64,000 bases of DNA from an uncultured archaeon (GTDB lineage: Archaea; Hadarchaeota; Hadarchaeia; Hadarchaeales; WYZ-LMO6): NCBI GenBank assembly GCA_938074535.1, contig CALJER010000008.1, positions 44,954-108,953 of the forward strand. The letters run 5' to 3'. The first letter of the stretch is position 1. Every line of letters begins with the position of its first letter. The notes beneath the pieces are model-generated. The model was not told the origin of the DNA and made no database searches. It saw only the letters and a program-made list of their open reading frames with translations. The position numbers and the translations under genes were made by a program. Below are positions 62,405 through 64,000 of this stretch, in pieces.

Positions 62405-63559
62405 ATGAAAGCGGCAAGGATGGGGGCCTCCCCCGCGCTGGAGGGAAGGACGGAAAGAAGGCTGGCGGACGCGGACCCCCTGGTGGCCGGGGCCCTCGAC
62501 AGGGCCCTCTCGGGGAAGGATTTGAGGCTGGAGGAGGTCGAAGAGCTCCTGAGGGTGAGCGGGGGAGAACTGCAGCTCCTCCTCCTGACGGCGGACCTGG
62601 TGAGGAGGAAGCTCGTGGGGGAAGTGGCCACCTACGTGGTCAACAGGAACGTCAACCACACCAACATCTGCACGGGCTCCTGCAGGTTCTGCGCCTTCCG
62701 TCGTCCCCCCTCCCACCCGGAGGCCTACTCCCTCACCCCCCAGCAGCTCAGGGCCAAGGTGGAGGAGGCCGTGAAGATGGGTGCCACCGAAATCTGCCTG
62801 CAGGGGGGCCTCCACCCCGACTTCGGGCTGGAGACCTACCTGGGCCTCCTCCGCACCATCAGGGAGGTCTCCGAGGAACTCCACATCCACGCCTTCTCCC
62901 CGGCCGAACTCGACCATCTCTCCAGGAAGGAAGGGCTACCCGTGGACGAGGTGCTGAAACTCCTCAAGGAGGCCGGCCTGAACTCGGTTCCAGGAACGGC
63001 CGCGGAAATCCTGAGCGACAGGGTGAGGGAGACCATATGCCCGGCAAAGATCAGGACGGAGAGGTGGGTGGAAATCGTCAGGAGCTGCCACCGCAGGGGA
63101 ATACCCACCACCTCCACCATGATGTACGGAACGGTGGAGACTCCCGAGGAGAGGGCAAGGCACCTCCTGCTCTTGAGGGAGATCCAGAGAGGGACGGGAG
63201 GTTTCACGGAGTTCGTGCCCCTCCCCGTGGTGCCCCAGAACACCGAGCTCTCACGCCTGGGCATCACCGGCCCCACCCCGGAGGACAACCTGAGGGTGCA
63301 CGCCGTGGCCAGGCTGGCGCTGGCGGGGTACATCAACCACATACAGGCCTCGTGGGTGAAGCTGGGGCCCGAAGGGGCCAGGACCATGCTGCTGGCCGGG
63401 GCGGACGATCTGGGCGGCACCCTGTTCGAGGAGAACATCACGAGGGAGGCCGGGGGAAGGTGGGGGCAGGGCATGACTCCCCAACAGCTCAGATCCCTCA
63501 TCCTTGGGGCCGGAAGGGTGCCCAGGCAGAGGTCCACCCTTTACGAACTTCTGGACTGA
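62405..63559 (+). CDS. cofH: FO synthase subunit 2
   Basis: TYVVNRNVN.TNIC...CRFCAF, PGTAAEIL, GGFTEFVPL, QASWVKLG, GGTLFEENI. Start approximate. Confidence 0.93.
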   Translation: MKAARMGASPALEGRTERRLADADPLVAGALDRALSGKDLRLEEVEELLRVSGGELQLLLLTADLVRRKLVGEVATYVVNRNVNHTNICTGSCRFCAFRRPPSHPEAYSLTPQQLRAKVEEAVKMGATEICLQGGLHPDFGLETYLGLLRTIREVSEELHIHAFSPAELDHLSRKEGLPVDEVLKLLKEAGLNSVPGTAAEILSDRVRETICPAKIRTERWVEIVRSCHRRGIPTTSTMMYGTVETPEERARHLLLLREIQRGTGGFTEFVPLPVVPQNTELSRLGITGPTPEDNLRVHAVARLALAGYINHIQASWVKLGPEGARTMLLAGADDLGGTLFEENITREAGGRWGQGMTPQQLRSLILGAGRVPRQRSTLYELLD

Positions 63560-64000
63560 TGGCCCATCTCCTCCAGGATCCTCCTGGCCAGTCTCCTCCT
63601 CTCCGCCAGGTCCCGCATCCAGAGGTTCGCCAGGTGCGCCTCCATCCCCATCCTCCTCACGGAGGGGGCGAACTCCCCGTCGGAGAGGTGCAGGAAGAGG
63701 TGCCCCGCCACCTCCCTGTAGTACTCCGCCACCCCCCTCGGGCTCACCTCGAAACCCAGGGCCTCCATGAGCTTCCCCGCCGGACCGCTCACCGGGGCCC
63801 TCCCAAGGATGGGGCTGACCACCGCCACCTCTTCCTTCCTCCTCTCCAGCGCCTCGCGGATCTTCCTGAGGGAGAGGATGGGTCCTATGCTCGTCACGGG
63901 ATTGCTGGGCCCTATCACGACGAACTCGCTCTGCCCGAGCGCGCGGAGGACCCCCGGGGCTGGCTCGGCTTCCTCCGAACCCCTGAACCTCACCCCCCTC
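63541..64000 (-). CDS. cofD: 2-phospho-L-lactate transferase (3' part, truncated by the window)
   Basis: GPSNPVTSIGPIL, VAVVSPI, SGPA.KLM. Confidence 0.92.
   Translation of the reverse strand, partial: RGVRFRGSEEAEPAPGVLRALGQSEFVVIGPSNPVTSIGPILSLRKIREALERRKEEVAVVSPILGRAPVSGPAGKLMEALGFEVSPRGVAEYYREVAGHLFLHLSDGEFAPSVRRMGMEAHLANLWMRDLAERRRLARRILEEMGHQSRSS

Overview
A GC-rich archaeal chromosome segment. The unsplit RpoB, split RpoA'/A'', euryarchaeal-type uS10, F420 genes and tetraether-lipid genes are compatible with a thermophilic Hadarchaeia-like lineage (inference, not tested). In order: a saccharopine-dehydrogenase-like / form IV RuBisCO-like protein (RLP) / FGGY kinase operon; archease, a small K+ channel, DUF1464, DUF192, His-type Thi4 and tRNA-Ser; a PadR-ABC exporter unit; the tRNA-Lys-rpoH-B-A'-A''-L30e-nusA-S12-S7-EF1A-S10 operon (no EF-2, uS10 with an internal 26-aa duplication); a large purine cluster (purF,C,E,Q,L,S,M, folD, purB, purH) containing a frameshifted thioredoxin-fold gene missing from the ORF track; a ~15.5 kb more AT-rich acyl-CoA catabolic island between purH and guaB (three Cys-less thiolase-fold proteins, three DUF35 partners, FadD19-like ligase, two ACADs, BKACE, acetoacetyl-CoA synthetase); a co-localised ether-lipid cluster (DGGGP synthase, Tes/GDGT-MAS, GGR, GGGP synthase, G1PDH); hflX, a transglutaminase-like surface protein, trpB2 and cofC/G/H/D. 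No CRISPR array, transposase or integrase was seen. Best candidates for something new are the catabolic island, the RLP-kinase operon, the lipid cluster and the duplicated uS10 loop. All family calls come from motif recognition by eye, without database searches.
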